A stretch of 64,000 nt of DNA from Microthyrium microscopicum (lineage: Eukaryota): the NCBI GenBank assembly GCA_010405405.1, contig MU004236.1:1866070-1930069 (forward strand), read 5' to 3'. Below, piece after piece: positions 52,030-63,531 of the stretch. Below the pieces are notes generated by a model. The model was not told the origin of the DNA and ran no database searches. It saw only the letters and a list, made by a program, of their open reading frames with translations. Position numbers and translations under genes: made by a program. Positions within the stretch are counted from its first letter, which is position 1. Each line of letters begins with the position of its first letter.

Positions 52030-53043
52030 CTAAGCGACAGAATCTTCGTCCATTGGGGTGGCGGTGTCTAAACCTTCTAACATCGGCTGTTCGTCAACTG
52101 GAGCGTCCTCTACTTCCTCCGTAATATCATGAACCCTTTTCTTGCCTTTGCCCTGCTTACGGGGTGTTGGTTCAAGCATGGTAAGTGTTCCCTCTACAGC
52201 CTTGTCCCAGTCAAAGTTCAACTTCTCCAACAGGTCAGGATCTGACACTCCCGGAAGGCTGGACATAATGAGTACTTTGGAGTATTCCCGCTTCAAGGTG
52301 TGGCGCTTTAGTCCTTCTAGCACATGTTTGAGAGCGTCGTCGGCACTGGATCCCAGCTGTGGCGCATCTGCCGCGCATGGAGGAAGAGTTTCATCTGCTA
52401 GGACCACAGGCGGATTCGGAGATTCTGCCTTGAAGTGCTTCTTGCGAAAGCACGAATGGCTAGTGATAGTGGCCAACTTGGCTACATCTAAAGCGCCAGA
52501 TTGAGGCACACATGTAGTATTGCTTTGGTAGCATGGCTGGCAAGGGACTCTGCTATCACAGCTCGCTGGGAAACCAGACCGATCGCAATGAACGCATGGC
52601 CTGGCTCGCCATAGCACGAAATTTCCGTAGTATTGGACATGCAGTGCCTCTCGAGTTGTCGAAGCGGGTCGATCAATGATCAAACGTCGGCCATCAGCCT
52701 CGACTCTGAGATTACAAGTCGGATCCAGAGCTAGTATTGCAGGTTTGTACTCGCCAACATTGTCGTCTTTCCCGTCGTCGTAGTTGAAAACCACCACGAA
52801 GGTCACTTGATGACACTTCGGAATCACAATGCTATCAGAGCTGCTTGTGCCGAATAGGCTGAGGTTCAGTACGTTTCGAAAGCAGTCAGGCTTTCTTTGT
52901 CTAGGTCCGGATCTTTGAGGTGGTGATCCTAAATCTATCTCGTTTTGAGTGGGATTGGACCACTTCTTCAAACGTGAAAGACGACCAGATCCTCCTTTTA
53001 CCACAACTACCTGATCTCTGGGCTCAATCACATTTTCGGCCAT
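52030..53043 (-). CDS. Orphan protein with central Cys6 (Zn2Cys6-like) motif, paralog 2
   Basis: Intronless 337-aa ORF containing CVHCDRSGFPASCDSRVPCQPCYQSNTTC (C-x2-C-x8-C-x5-C-x2-C-x6-C), an NLS-like PRKQGKGKKR and an acidic tail. Confidence 0.8.
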   Translation of the reverse strand: MAENVIEPRDQVVVVKGGSGRLSRLKKWSNPTQNEIDLGSPPQRSGPRQRKPDCFRNVLNLSLFGTSSSDSIVIPKCHQVTFVVVFNYDDGKDDNVGEYKPAILALDPTCNLRVEADGRRLIIDRPASTTREALHVQYYGNFVLWRARPCVHCDRSGFPASCDSRVPCQPCYQSNTTCVPQSGALDVAKLATITSHSCFRKKHFKAESPNPPVVLADETLPPCAADAPQLGSSADDALKHVLEGLKRHTLKREYSKVLIMSSLPGVSDPDLLEKLNFDWDKAVEGTLTMLEPTPRKQGKGKKRVHDITEEVEDAPVDEQPMLEGLDTATPMDEDSVA

Positions 53044-53752
53044 CTCGAAGAAACTGCAGTGAATCTTTGGATGTCAATGCTTTGATTAATTTGCACTTAC
53101 TGACAGAGAGAAACGAAGTTATCTGGGCGTAAAAGTGACTGTAAAGTGTTAAGCGCAAGGAGCAAGAAGTGGACGATGAACGAGGCTCTTATACACAAGA
53201 CCGGGATGAAGTTTGCGTTATTTGGTCCTTCTATTATGTACAGGTGACCCAACCGTATGATATATTAGAAGCATCAGCTTGTTGCGGTATTTGAGAAGGC
53301 AGGCTGGTGCGACCAAATGTTGACATTTCAGTCTTTCAAAATGTTGTGAATATTGATTTAGAGTTTTTCCAATTAGATTTGAAATATTTAGAGAGCTTCC
53401 TTTTTCAATCCCGGCCTCCAAAATCTTGCTCAACTCTACTTCATTCGTTTGACACATCAAAAGCAACCGCCGGAGATTTGGCACTCCCAAGCATTAGTTG
53501 AGTTATTGCAGGATTGATCATGGAATCCATTAAGTCAAAATTGCCATTGTCCAGATTTCTGAAAGTTAGAATACTTTAGTTGAAGCTACGAAAAGTATTG
53601 GAAAAGCTATCAGGCTGAGCGCAAGGCTGACATAACACAAACTCCATGCCACATCCAAACAAACAAGCACTCAACAAGCTCAACCGAAAAAAAATACTCT
53701 CTACCCACAATCTTGACAAGTAAAAATAATAATAGAATTAGCAAAAAGTTCA

Positions 53753-53886
53753 CCACACATCCGAGATGTGTGGCTATGAAAATCAGGCGACCTGATTTTA
53801 CGATGCAAACGGGGCTCGAACCTGGAGGTTGTCATTGCCACTTCTTCGTTAGACTTGAGCAGGAGTTGTCTCTTAATTACGCATCG
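53753..53886. other. Cluster of two perfect 9-bp hairpins and a tRNA-like fold
   Basis: CCACACATC-CGA-GATGTGTGG (53753-53773) and AAAATCAGG-CGA-CCTGATTTT (53779-53799), then CGATGC...GCATCG (53801-53886) enclosing a minus-strand GGTTCGAGCC B-box. Confidence 0.55.
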
Positions 53887-54596
53887 GGTTAGACTATCTG
53901 ACTCGTTCGAGATTAGACATCAGATAATAACCGTCAATTGCCACCCTTATATTGTACCTAAATGTTAGTAGATATTTGCAAATTGCCATGCTTTGGCATA
54001 TATACAGCAATTGCGAATCACGTTCATTTCCCCAAGATCTTTCCGAACTGTTCGTCACACTATAAATGTAATTCTGTTTATTCCTTCTCCTTTTCAATAA
54101 AGTTAGTCCCTAAGTTACAGAAAAATGCTCAAGATAAATTGAAAGTCATGATGATTCTTTACCGTTATCGTGTGTCTTTGCTCACCCGCCAAAAGATTTA
54201 TTGCAAAACTACCTAATTCAATTTACTCATCTCAAGTCCGCTGTGGAGTGGAAACGAACAATTAAAGATTACAATTGAATTAAAAACCTTTCTATCACTT
54301 TTGATTATACGAAGAGTCCGAGATTACCTGTTTGGCCTATTCCATTGGTTTGCCATAGCCATCGACTCTGTACGGTCTCTCCATTGTTGTGGCTTTCATA
54401 CACACACTACGATTATCAATCTCCAATTTCAACCAGCCAGATAGAGGCCAGCGTATCAATGGCGTATGCTCAATGTAGAATCTCTCCATGGTACCAGGCA
54501 ACGAATGGGAAATCCTTTCACCAAGGTGTATTCTTATTGATTTTAGAGGTAAAAGTAAAGTATATACAGCGAATCACCCTACGAAAACATCATAAC

Positions 54597-55401
54597 CTAT
54601 TTTGCGAGGGCCTTGATGGCTGCTGCTACTGCCGGAGCAAAGCACTTGGCGACCTTCTTGTCTCCTTTAGCATTCATGTGCACTCCATCAGAGTTATCCG
54701 CGCTAGCGTCATATCCGGTAAAGCAATCGACGACAGTGATTGGAGACTCTGCAGTTGACTTCTTTGGTGCCCAAACAGCGATCTCAGCATTGAGCGCATC
54801 GACCTTCGCGAGCTTCATTGGTGGGATCTTGGCGACGATGATCTGCATGGTGGGCTTGTTGGCTCTCATTTGATCAACGAGCTTTGAGAATGCGGCAGTG
54901 ATCTTGGCTGGCTTTCCGCCAAAGGCCTGGTCATGAAGTTAGTCGTTTGCACCTTCTGAATGATACTATGGCATGATGCGTACCATGTCGTTGACACCAA
55001 GAAGGATCAATGAGATATCTGGCTTGATGGTGGCCAAAATCGTGTTCAATGGTCTTTGATCCCATGGCTTTCCTCCCATCGATGCTGGACCAGATTCGGC
55101 TGTTGTGGCCTTGATGGCGGGATATCCCTCATGTGCTCCGTCGAACTTGCGTCCAGAGCAGCCCATTGACTTTTGGGTGCCTACAAAGTGGTAGTCCGTT
55201 GCGCCAAGTTGCTTGAGTTCGTCCCAGAGATCAGCTCTCCAGCATGTCTGGTAACAGATTATTAGTGACAGCAAATATGTTGCTCTCAACAATACTGACT
55301 ATGGCTGTGGTCGAGTCTCCCAAAGGCATGATGTTTACACCTTGCACAAGAAGAGGCGCAAGTAGCGCAGCTCCGAAGAGCATTTGAGAGATTGGAGCCA
55401 T
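54597..55401 (-). CDS. Secreted SGNH/GDSL esterase, carbohydrate esterase family 3-like
   Basis: Signal peptide, IMPLGDST (block I), FVGTQ, HEGYPA, LLGVNDM (block III) and DGVH (block V). Two introns. Confidence 0.9.
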
Positions 55402-57413
55402 TGATAATATTCTTGAGATGATACCAAAGTCTACTGAGTATGAAGCTTGGATAGCAACCGAAAACCAGGACTGAAGTTGACTTATATAACGGCCCATCTA
55501 TGTGACCTAAACAACTGATATCAAATTACCTACTGGCAAAATATATTGCATTAATGTATAGTGAGGCGTTACAGATCGATCTGAAATTATAGTCAACATT
55601 AGATGAGATGGTCCTCCCCGTAGTTCGCCCGCTCCCTCTTGCGCAATTTTATGCAGGTAGGCAAGTAAATGAAGCTGGTGACCCAGTCAAATACTTTGTC
55701 TATAGGGGCTAGTTCGTAATGAAGGTTCTACTGAATGTTCCCTATAGCATTGTATCAGGGGTAGGGCCTTCATTTCTTTGAAGACAGTGGGTGGCGTCCT
55801 TTCATCGGAACTTCCGCCCAATATTTAGGGTTGAAAGAATGTAATACAGAACAAATGATAGCAACGCGTGTACGTGCCGGTAGAAAATCGTCTTCTTCTT
55901 CGTGCCTTCTGGTTTACTTACTTCTTACTACAAGGAAATGTTATTTCTTGCATGATATTTCTGCAGAAGTTAGCCTTTACTTATTGTGTCTCTGCACAGC
56001 AACCAGATGCTTATTAACATGACTTGGACTGCTAGCTCAGCAGGCGATACACTGGGTGATAGCAGCCTCTAAACACTCAGCTAGAGTGCTCGTTGATTTT
56101 AGCCGTTGATAGCTTCGTTCCCTTTTCTAGCTACCTGCTTGAGTATGCCACTCATTGTCGAATATGTTTCCTAGGAAGCGCATTTTTTGGTGAAAACTTC
56201 GAAGTCTGGCCCGGACAACCACTAAAAGCTAGCTGAGATGACAATCAAAGACGAAGGAACTGGAACACAGCAGCAGCGTCAGATTTCTATTATATGTATG
56301 ACAGTTGTTTAGGTTAGTTCTGACAGAATTAGAAGAGTATCGGTCCGAAATCAAGACCGATAACTTGAATGTTTGCCCTCTCTTCTTAGCATCTGATGTA
56401 ACATGAGAACTAGAAGTACAAAATTTTTCTTCCACTCTTTCTCATAGAGACGCTGTCATTTCTCCCGACTTGGTGCAATTGCTCAGAGGTCCATATAGGG
56501 AGGAGGATAGATAACGCCTTTGGCACCCGGGCAGCCAACACAGATAAAGGGCAAACATACAGTTTTGTACGATTCAGAGCAGTCCAGAGCCCCAGACAGA
56601 TGGTAAGCCCACCGTAGACTCACATACAGATCTATCATCGAGTCCAGCGGGATGGAATCCACGGAAAGGTCTATAATATCACTGCAGTCTTATCACTTGG
56701 TTACATTTCCCAACCTTAAAATTCCCCATCGATCTTGATCTACGAGCCGTCCCTTTGCAGGGATCCGCCTTAAGCCTTGGATATTCTTGACAATTGACAA
56801 GGGATGCCAAACTCTATCTCTTTATTGACAAAGATCATGAATCGACTACACAAACCAACGTCAAGTTTTTTCACTGAACCCGGTGCCAATTAAATGGTCA
56901 CCTGTAGATCGACACGCGACCATTTGTTAGTGAGCCAACCGGAGACTTTGTATTTAATCACAGCCTTTAAATTTTTCGATAAGGTGGTAGCCCCTGTCCT
57001 TGCTCTACATCTTCACCTGCCCAAAAGTCTTGCACGACTCAAGCGATGGGAAAGCTACTGTTCTTTTACACCACCATATTTTCTGGAGTAGTGAACCTAC
57101 CTAGAAAGTCACTGGAAGTGTAAATATTTGAGGTTGGAATTTGGCAGTAGCTAGGAAGCTCTTTGATAACATGGCACCTCGCAATCTTTCGAGTCAGTGA
57201 AAGTTACAGTTGCCACGAGATTGACAGCGACTAGATCGAGCATCTGAAGTCACAATGTGATATTTCACAATCACCTGCGAGTCGTGGTGAAGAAGTGAAA
57301 GATATATAAACATGTCTACAAAACGAAATATAGTTCTGTTTCCTATCAACCAGCTTTTCCTTCATTTCACATCACACTGATAGCATTTCCGATACCAAAT
57401 TCACATCGTCAAT

Positions 57414-58946
57414 ATGTTCAGCAAACTTATTGCTCTTTCTCTCTTTGCTGGTGCTTTTACAGCACCAACCGAAAAGCGCGCCTCTCTTTGGACGCCAGCT
57501 GTTGGCACAAAATGGCAGATTGTCATTTCCAAAGCCGTTGATACTAGTGGCAACATCCAGCCATCAGCTGCCTCTGTCTACGATGTAGACCTATTTTGTA
57601 AGTTTTCTACTCGTGTGAGGTCTACAACAATCTTCATGAGCTAACAATACTTTAGACACATCGGCCGAAGACGTCCAGAGACTCAAGTCTCAAGGAAAGA
57701 AGGTCATCTGCTATTACTCGGCTGGATCTGCCGAGAATTGGCGATCAGACTACGGCTCCTTCTCCTCATCTGACAAGGGTGAAGGCCTCCAAGGCTGGGC
57801 TGGCGAGAACTGGCTGAACATTCGTTCAAACAACGTTCTCAATGTCATGAAGAAGCGGATTGACCTGGCCAGCCAAAAGGGCTGTGATGCCATCGATCCA
57901 GACAATATGGGTTTGTTTCCACCCTCTTCTGGCAAAGGCGCATTCTAACTTTCTCAGATGCATACGACAACGGCGGAGGAGGATTCAGCCTCACCCAAGA
58001 TGACAGTGTCAAGTACTTGAAGTCGATGGGTAAGTCGCAAATCATGATCGTCTTCTTCCAACCGGTCATCAAACTAATATCACATCTTAGCGTCTTACGC
58101 CGCCGCAAAGGGTATGTCGACTGGTCTAAAGAACGCACAAGCTATTCTAGGCGACGTCCTTTCCAACGTACAGTTCGCCATCAACGAGGAATGTGCTGTC
58201 ACTGAGGACACAAAATGCTCAGAGTATGATTCTCTGTTGAGCGCCGGAAAAGCCTTATTCCACATCGTAAGTTACTCTGCTGATATATCGACTACTTCCA
58301 CTAACAATATGTAGGAATATCTGGATGAAGGCGACAACGGTTCCAACGGCAAGAAAGTCAAGCGCCAGGAAGCCTCCCGGGAATCGATGTGCCTAGAAGG
58401 TGGTGTTGGCAACAAGGCCAGCACCGTTATCAAGTACTTGGCTCTCGACGGATACGTCGAGTACTGTGATGGTTCATCGTCAACGACAGGCACCACCGAC
58501 GCTGCCACCGGAGGTATGTTTCCCTTTTACATCTGTTCTTGCAACTTGCTAACATCAGTTTCAGATCCCAAGCAAGGAGGTAAGACGCCTTGCGCACCCG
58601 GCTCGACGCAATCTCATTGCCTCCCAATATAGACTCCAGTACCAGTCTTCCGCCGAACTATGGCTACGATAGCTTGCTATAGTATCCTGTGGCGAAAATC
58701 TGACTGTTAGAGTCTCAACTCTTGTTAAGTGCGAATATATCCACAACACTTCCGTGTTGTCTCCTGGTGTGTAATTCATAAGCTTGGAACTAATACCTTC
58801 CAGATGGAGACGATGGAAACAGTGGAGATAATGATAACACTGGCGACAATGATAACAGTGGAGACAATGACAACAACTCTGACGATGGCAACAACTCCGA
58901 CGACAACAACGATAACGAGGATGACAATAACAACGACGGAGCATAG
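57414..58946 (+). CDS. Secreted GH114 endo-alpha-1,4-polygalactosaminidase-like protein with D/N-rich tail
   Basis: Signal peptide plus KR site, then KWQIVI, YDVDLF, KVICYYSAGSAENWRSD, GWAGENWL, KGCDAIDPDN, GLKNA and AINEEC. Multiple introns; the terminal exon (58804-58946) is inferred. Confidence 0.88.
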
Positions 58947-59809
58947 AATGTCATGAGTGGGTTGGTGTTGGAAAGATGTTCAAGACGCTTGTCGGAGTCT
59001 GCTGGTGGTTGTTGTTCGCAGTCATTGAAAAGGGGTTGATGTGTCTTCCTTTAAGACTAGATTATATTTTCACAGTACTAATTCATAATCTTTATTTTGT
59101 TACTTTGTTTCTCTGGATGTAAATTGTTGCTAGTCGTACTTCTGAGGTCCAGACTCTCTGGTTGACTCTCACTGCTTATGATATGACATTACAGCTTATT
59201 GATGAAGATTTACAGCTCGCCCTTTTCAAAGATAATAGAATGGCTCAGATAATCTTGATTGGAACAAGAGGCTTTTAGTGAAAAGAAGCTTCCATTTCGC
59301 ACGATGACTGATAGACAGAAGTGGGCATGATCTCAATTCACACTGAACTCAGTACGTGAAGTAGACTTGGATATGCTGAAATATCAATGATCGTGAGAAG
59401 ACGATTGCAAGCTATTCATGAAAGATCGAAAAACCAGTCTCTCACAATTGCCTCATTATGATAGAAGGATCCAGGCAATATATCAAAACCCAAGCTGACT
59501 ATACTCTAACTTTAAACCTCATCTCGCCATACACAAGTATGGTAAGAAATCATAAGATGCAGTAAGAAAATCCCCTCCCTCCTACAAACACCATACTAAA
59601 ATAGCAAGCGACGATCTCGGAGCATTCTCCTAACAGGTACTTTTAGCTGAACCGCGCTTATAGTGGAGATGATTTAGATCACCTTCAACCTATCCACCCA
59701 TCTGACCTGACACTCCAGCTTACCACACATTTATCACGAGTGTTCTAAAACAATCTTCATTTTCTTTTCTTTTGTATTTACGATCACGAGCGTAGACTCG
59801 CGTAGAATT

Positions 59810-60182
59810 GGGCAGCGTTAGCAGTTCAATTCCTGCTACCTCGGAATCCTCCGTTGGAACTGATCACTTCCTAAAGAGGTTAACCAGTTCAAATCCTGTT
59901 CAAGGGCCTTGAACTCAGTTCAAGGACCTTGAACTCGAATTGAATTGACGGGAGAGGCGTTCTTTAACGCTATGAAGCCTAGCGTTGTCTATCTCTCTTG
60001 GCTAAAGAATATTATTCGTTAATACCTTTCGACTAGCCTAGCGTTGCTCTGTTCTAAAAAGGATTGAGGCTTGAGCTAGGCTGAGGAGGCTTGAGCTAAG
60101 GACTATTGTAGTTTAGCTTTTGCCTTCGGATACCGTAATTCAAATCGGAAACAGAGCTGGATTTGAACTGCTAACGCTCCCC
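59810..60182. mobile_element. MITE, 373 bp, 3-bp TSD ATT (PIF/Harbinger-like termini)
   Basis: Left GGGCAGCGTTAGCAGTTCAATTCCTGCT; right reverse complement GGGGAGCGTTAGCAGTTCAAATCCAGCT. ATT lies on both flanks. Internal tandem palindromes GTTCAAGG(G/A)CCTTGAAC. Confidence 0.82.
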
Positions 60183-62539
60183 ATTAGCCGAAACTGCGCA
60201 AAGGTTACGATCGCCAGTTAGCCAGACATATGATCAGCGGTGCAGAATGCACCAACTGCACTTGCGTTTATGCTACGTTGGACCCCTGTCAGAAGGAAGG
60301 CTGGCAGAAGAAGGTGAGATGGAATGGGTTCTTGAAGGGAACAATCTATGGGACAACTGCGTATGAATCTACAACAGGTTGAAAGGGGTATATTCTTGGA
60401 AATGAGAGGAAGCAAAAAAGATCAAATGGTACAGCGTATTGTTGGAAGTAGGGACTCGTGGCCTCGTGGATGTGGAGTGTAGAAAGAGTATCCATATCGC
60501 CAAGCAAAGCGTCTGCAACGAGCAATGCATTTCTCGTCATTTGCCGCGTGGACCCGCGCATGGAGAAGGGAGCGTGCCGCACACCGCCAGGCTACATTGC
60601 TACAAGTTGCCGTTGACGGTTGATGCAAGGTGGAGTTATAGCCTGTAAGCATAAAGGAGAAATAGAAATGAGCAAAGAAAAATGGTTGAAAATCGGGCTT
60701 TTGCGTAGAATATCAGAGGCCGTGCTCGAGTCAGTTCATCGTTAGTCAAAAAAAGGTTATGTTGGAGTATGCCGCCTAACGTTTCAGAGTGCTAGTTAAC
60801 AGGCTTGGCGTGCAGGTGCGCCGCATGTTCATGCTTGGGGGGGTTTTTGTTGCTAAAATGGAACCAATTACGAGAATCGTTGAAACATTCCGTGGGGACA
60901 ATGGGGAATTGACAAATTAGCGGTTATCGTGAACTTGCGACGAACTCGATCCGTATTCTGTTCTTTGTTGAGCCGAATTGGAAAGTCTGAGAGTATCCTT
61001 GGTTCTGATCAATATATTAAATCGGCCTTCTGGAAGCATAAAGAAGCTGGGACTTGCTTTTTCTAGCAGAGCCGCAATAAATAGATATTTGACAGGGTCC
61101 GGAGTGGAGATGGTGCTAAAAAGTAAAGTTCGATTTGCACATCGGTTTGGTTGCGAGCCGGACGGGATTGAAATGAAATGTTTCTCTTGTAGTTTCTTTA
61201 CCGACAAGTATACCAAAGTTTACTAGGAATTGTTGATGATGAGATAGGTCTCTTGTTCCCATGTTGTTTTGCGGAAGGTTTGTGCTTTGCTTGATGCATA
61301 CTGCAGAGTGCAATGCAGCAGGGAAAAAAGACCAGTCAAAAACAGGGGTTTCTCTCGTGGGAGGTTGGCGACAAATGCGTCTAATATGATAATGGGAATT
61401 CTTAGAAACAATCAACTGGTGTATGACAGAGAGAAATAGCCTTGTTGAGGACTATCATTTTCATTAAAGATATGTCGAATTTGGATCGGAGAGAGAATCG
61501 AGAATGTACGGTTCAAGTAAATTGGGTCCCGAGGACTCGGAGACCAAATTTACCCCAAACGATGGTCTGTGTGCTGGAGTAAATACTGCCATATTGGGCA
61601 ATTCTGGTAGGACAAGGGCGAGAAGGGTAAAGGCAAGCGAGGGCCAGAGACCCAATTATTTGGCGCCGATGGATGAGATTGTGGAGAGTGAGTGCGCGAT
61701 GCATCCCACTCTCCTGAACGAGCTGACAGTCTTGCACCTGCCACCCAGTGTGGACAGTGTGCGGATGGCGAGCCGCAAGCAAAGAGGCAAAGAAGCCAAA
61801 CGATACCTGAAACTTAGGATTTTGTGGTAGTTTTGGAGGCGTCAAAATTGCAGGGAAGACCTGGTGCTGACCAGTCAGGGTCGCCAACCTTGACGCTGGC
61901 TTGGAGCAAAGCAGCAGCCAACCATGCTCTGGGGTCTGTTATTGGTTGCTTATTTTTAGCGTGGTCACCGAAGCGCCAGCACGCCGAGGGAGCAATTCAG
62001 CGCCGCCGGTATTAGAATGGCGTTGAGGCGACAAGTGCTCGCGGAGCGCCCGTGTCAGAAACGTGTTGTGTTGTTGAATCTCAAGAACATGTCGCGAATT
62101 CTCCTGGAAGGTCAAGACTCCAGAGATGGAAAGAATAGATCAGACTGGGTAGAGACGGGAGGGATGCGGCGAAATAAAGTGAATGGCTGGGAATAATGAA
62201 GAGTAATTAATGTACAGATGGATGTGAAGGTGCTTGGCCTGAACGAATGCAGGACGACCTGACTGTCCTGGTTATTTTTGTACACGCCAAGCCGAGGTTT
62301 GTCCAATTAGAGATGCGTGTTTCAGCGGGGCAAATGCATACTAGAGAGGAAACGGCTGAAAGAGCTGGGGAGTTATGCACTGAGTAATCAATATAACACC
62401 ATCCCAAGCCAATCAACATCCGCGAGCGGCAAGAAAGACAGCAAGCGGTAAGAAAGAAGCCAAAAGTGGCCTGAAGGAGAATAGTGATTCAGTTTGTAGC
62501 GCGCCAATTGTGGCAGGCCAGATCAGATGGTTCCTCATC

Positions 62540-62849
62540 GGGGAGGGTTAGCAGCTCAGATTCTGCTCTTTTTGTTAGCTCGTTTTCTAACCAAAAGCAG
62601 ACTGATTAGGCCTTTTTGGCTCTAGCATGTAACCTTATTGTTTCCACAAAATATTTAGGCTGGACAGCTTTGAGCGGCTCAACCAATAATAAGCTACAAA
62701 TAGTGCCGCTATACCTTTTCGAGGAGTTCAGATTGAGTTCACGGCGCCAGAACTCAGCTCTGGCGCCGTGAACTCGTTCTGATCTACTAGCCGCTTTGGG
62801 TGAAGATCGCCAAATAAAAAGAGCAGAATCTGAGCTGCTAACCCTCCCC
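62540..62849. mobile_element. MITE, 310 bp, perfect ~34-bp TIRs, 3-bp TSD ATC
   Basis: GGGGAGGGTTAGCAGCTCAGATTCTGCTCTTTTT ... AAAAAGAGCAGAATCTGAGCTGCTAACCCTCCCC, with ATC at 62537-62539 and 62850-62852. Internal 17-bp perfect hairpin. Confidence 0.9.
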
Positions 62850-63531
62850 ATCGAGACTCCTCACTGCTCACTGCTCACTGCCAATTCGCTCCTGCTCAGT
62901 TGCTCGACAAGCTGCAGACACTCAGTACTGGAAGGAGCAATCCACAGTCAGTCGGTCGTTCCTTCTTTCTATCGCCATCAACGACTCCTTTGCTCTTTCC
63001 CAAAATATTCACTCTACCAAATCCCCAACACCAACTACATCTCCTCGAATTTGTTTATGGCTCTGTGAGCTTCCTCTAATACTCCTTCATCTTCCTCTTC
63101 AAACCCCGATTTGCGAGTCAATCTTTGCGACATACACCTGTTCGCCCTCCAGACCCCATCTATCACCAACACTATTTTCCATTGCGCCAACCGTTTGCCG
63201 TTGGAATCCTGCACCTGTGAGCTCCTACATCGCGGCGCTTAGAGGATCAAATCCGCCTATACCATTCCTTTCTTCCTTTCTATCTGTCAATTCATTGATT
63301 GTGCTCGGTATGTTGGTTCTGTGCCGCAACTTCACTTCCCTGCCCGCCTATTACTCCTTTTGTTTCATGCCGCATTGCTCATGCCAACCTGCAAGTCGTG
63401 TTTCTGTCTGTTTGCACTCTCTTGTCCCTAAGTCTCCTTCTTCCTTCCTTCATCTTCACTGAGCAGCAGTCTCAACTACTTCATCTCCTGTTGAGCTGCT
63501 CACGCTTGCGCTGCTTTCCTTGCCTTCATAC

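Noticed and set aside
53801..53886. Functional tRNA gene
   Set aside because: The T-stem has mismatches, there is no convincing D or anticodon arm and no adjacent oligo-T terminator. Kept only as a tRNA-like structure.
59821..59845. tRNA suggested by GTTCAATTCC B-box
   Set aside because: The motif is explained as part of the MITE terminal inverted repeat.
60218..62419. Many short ORFs between the two MITEs; possible transposase or composite transposon
   Set aside because: No DDE or other motif is recognisable, and each MITE has its own distinct TSD, so they are independent insertions.
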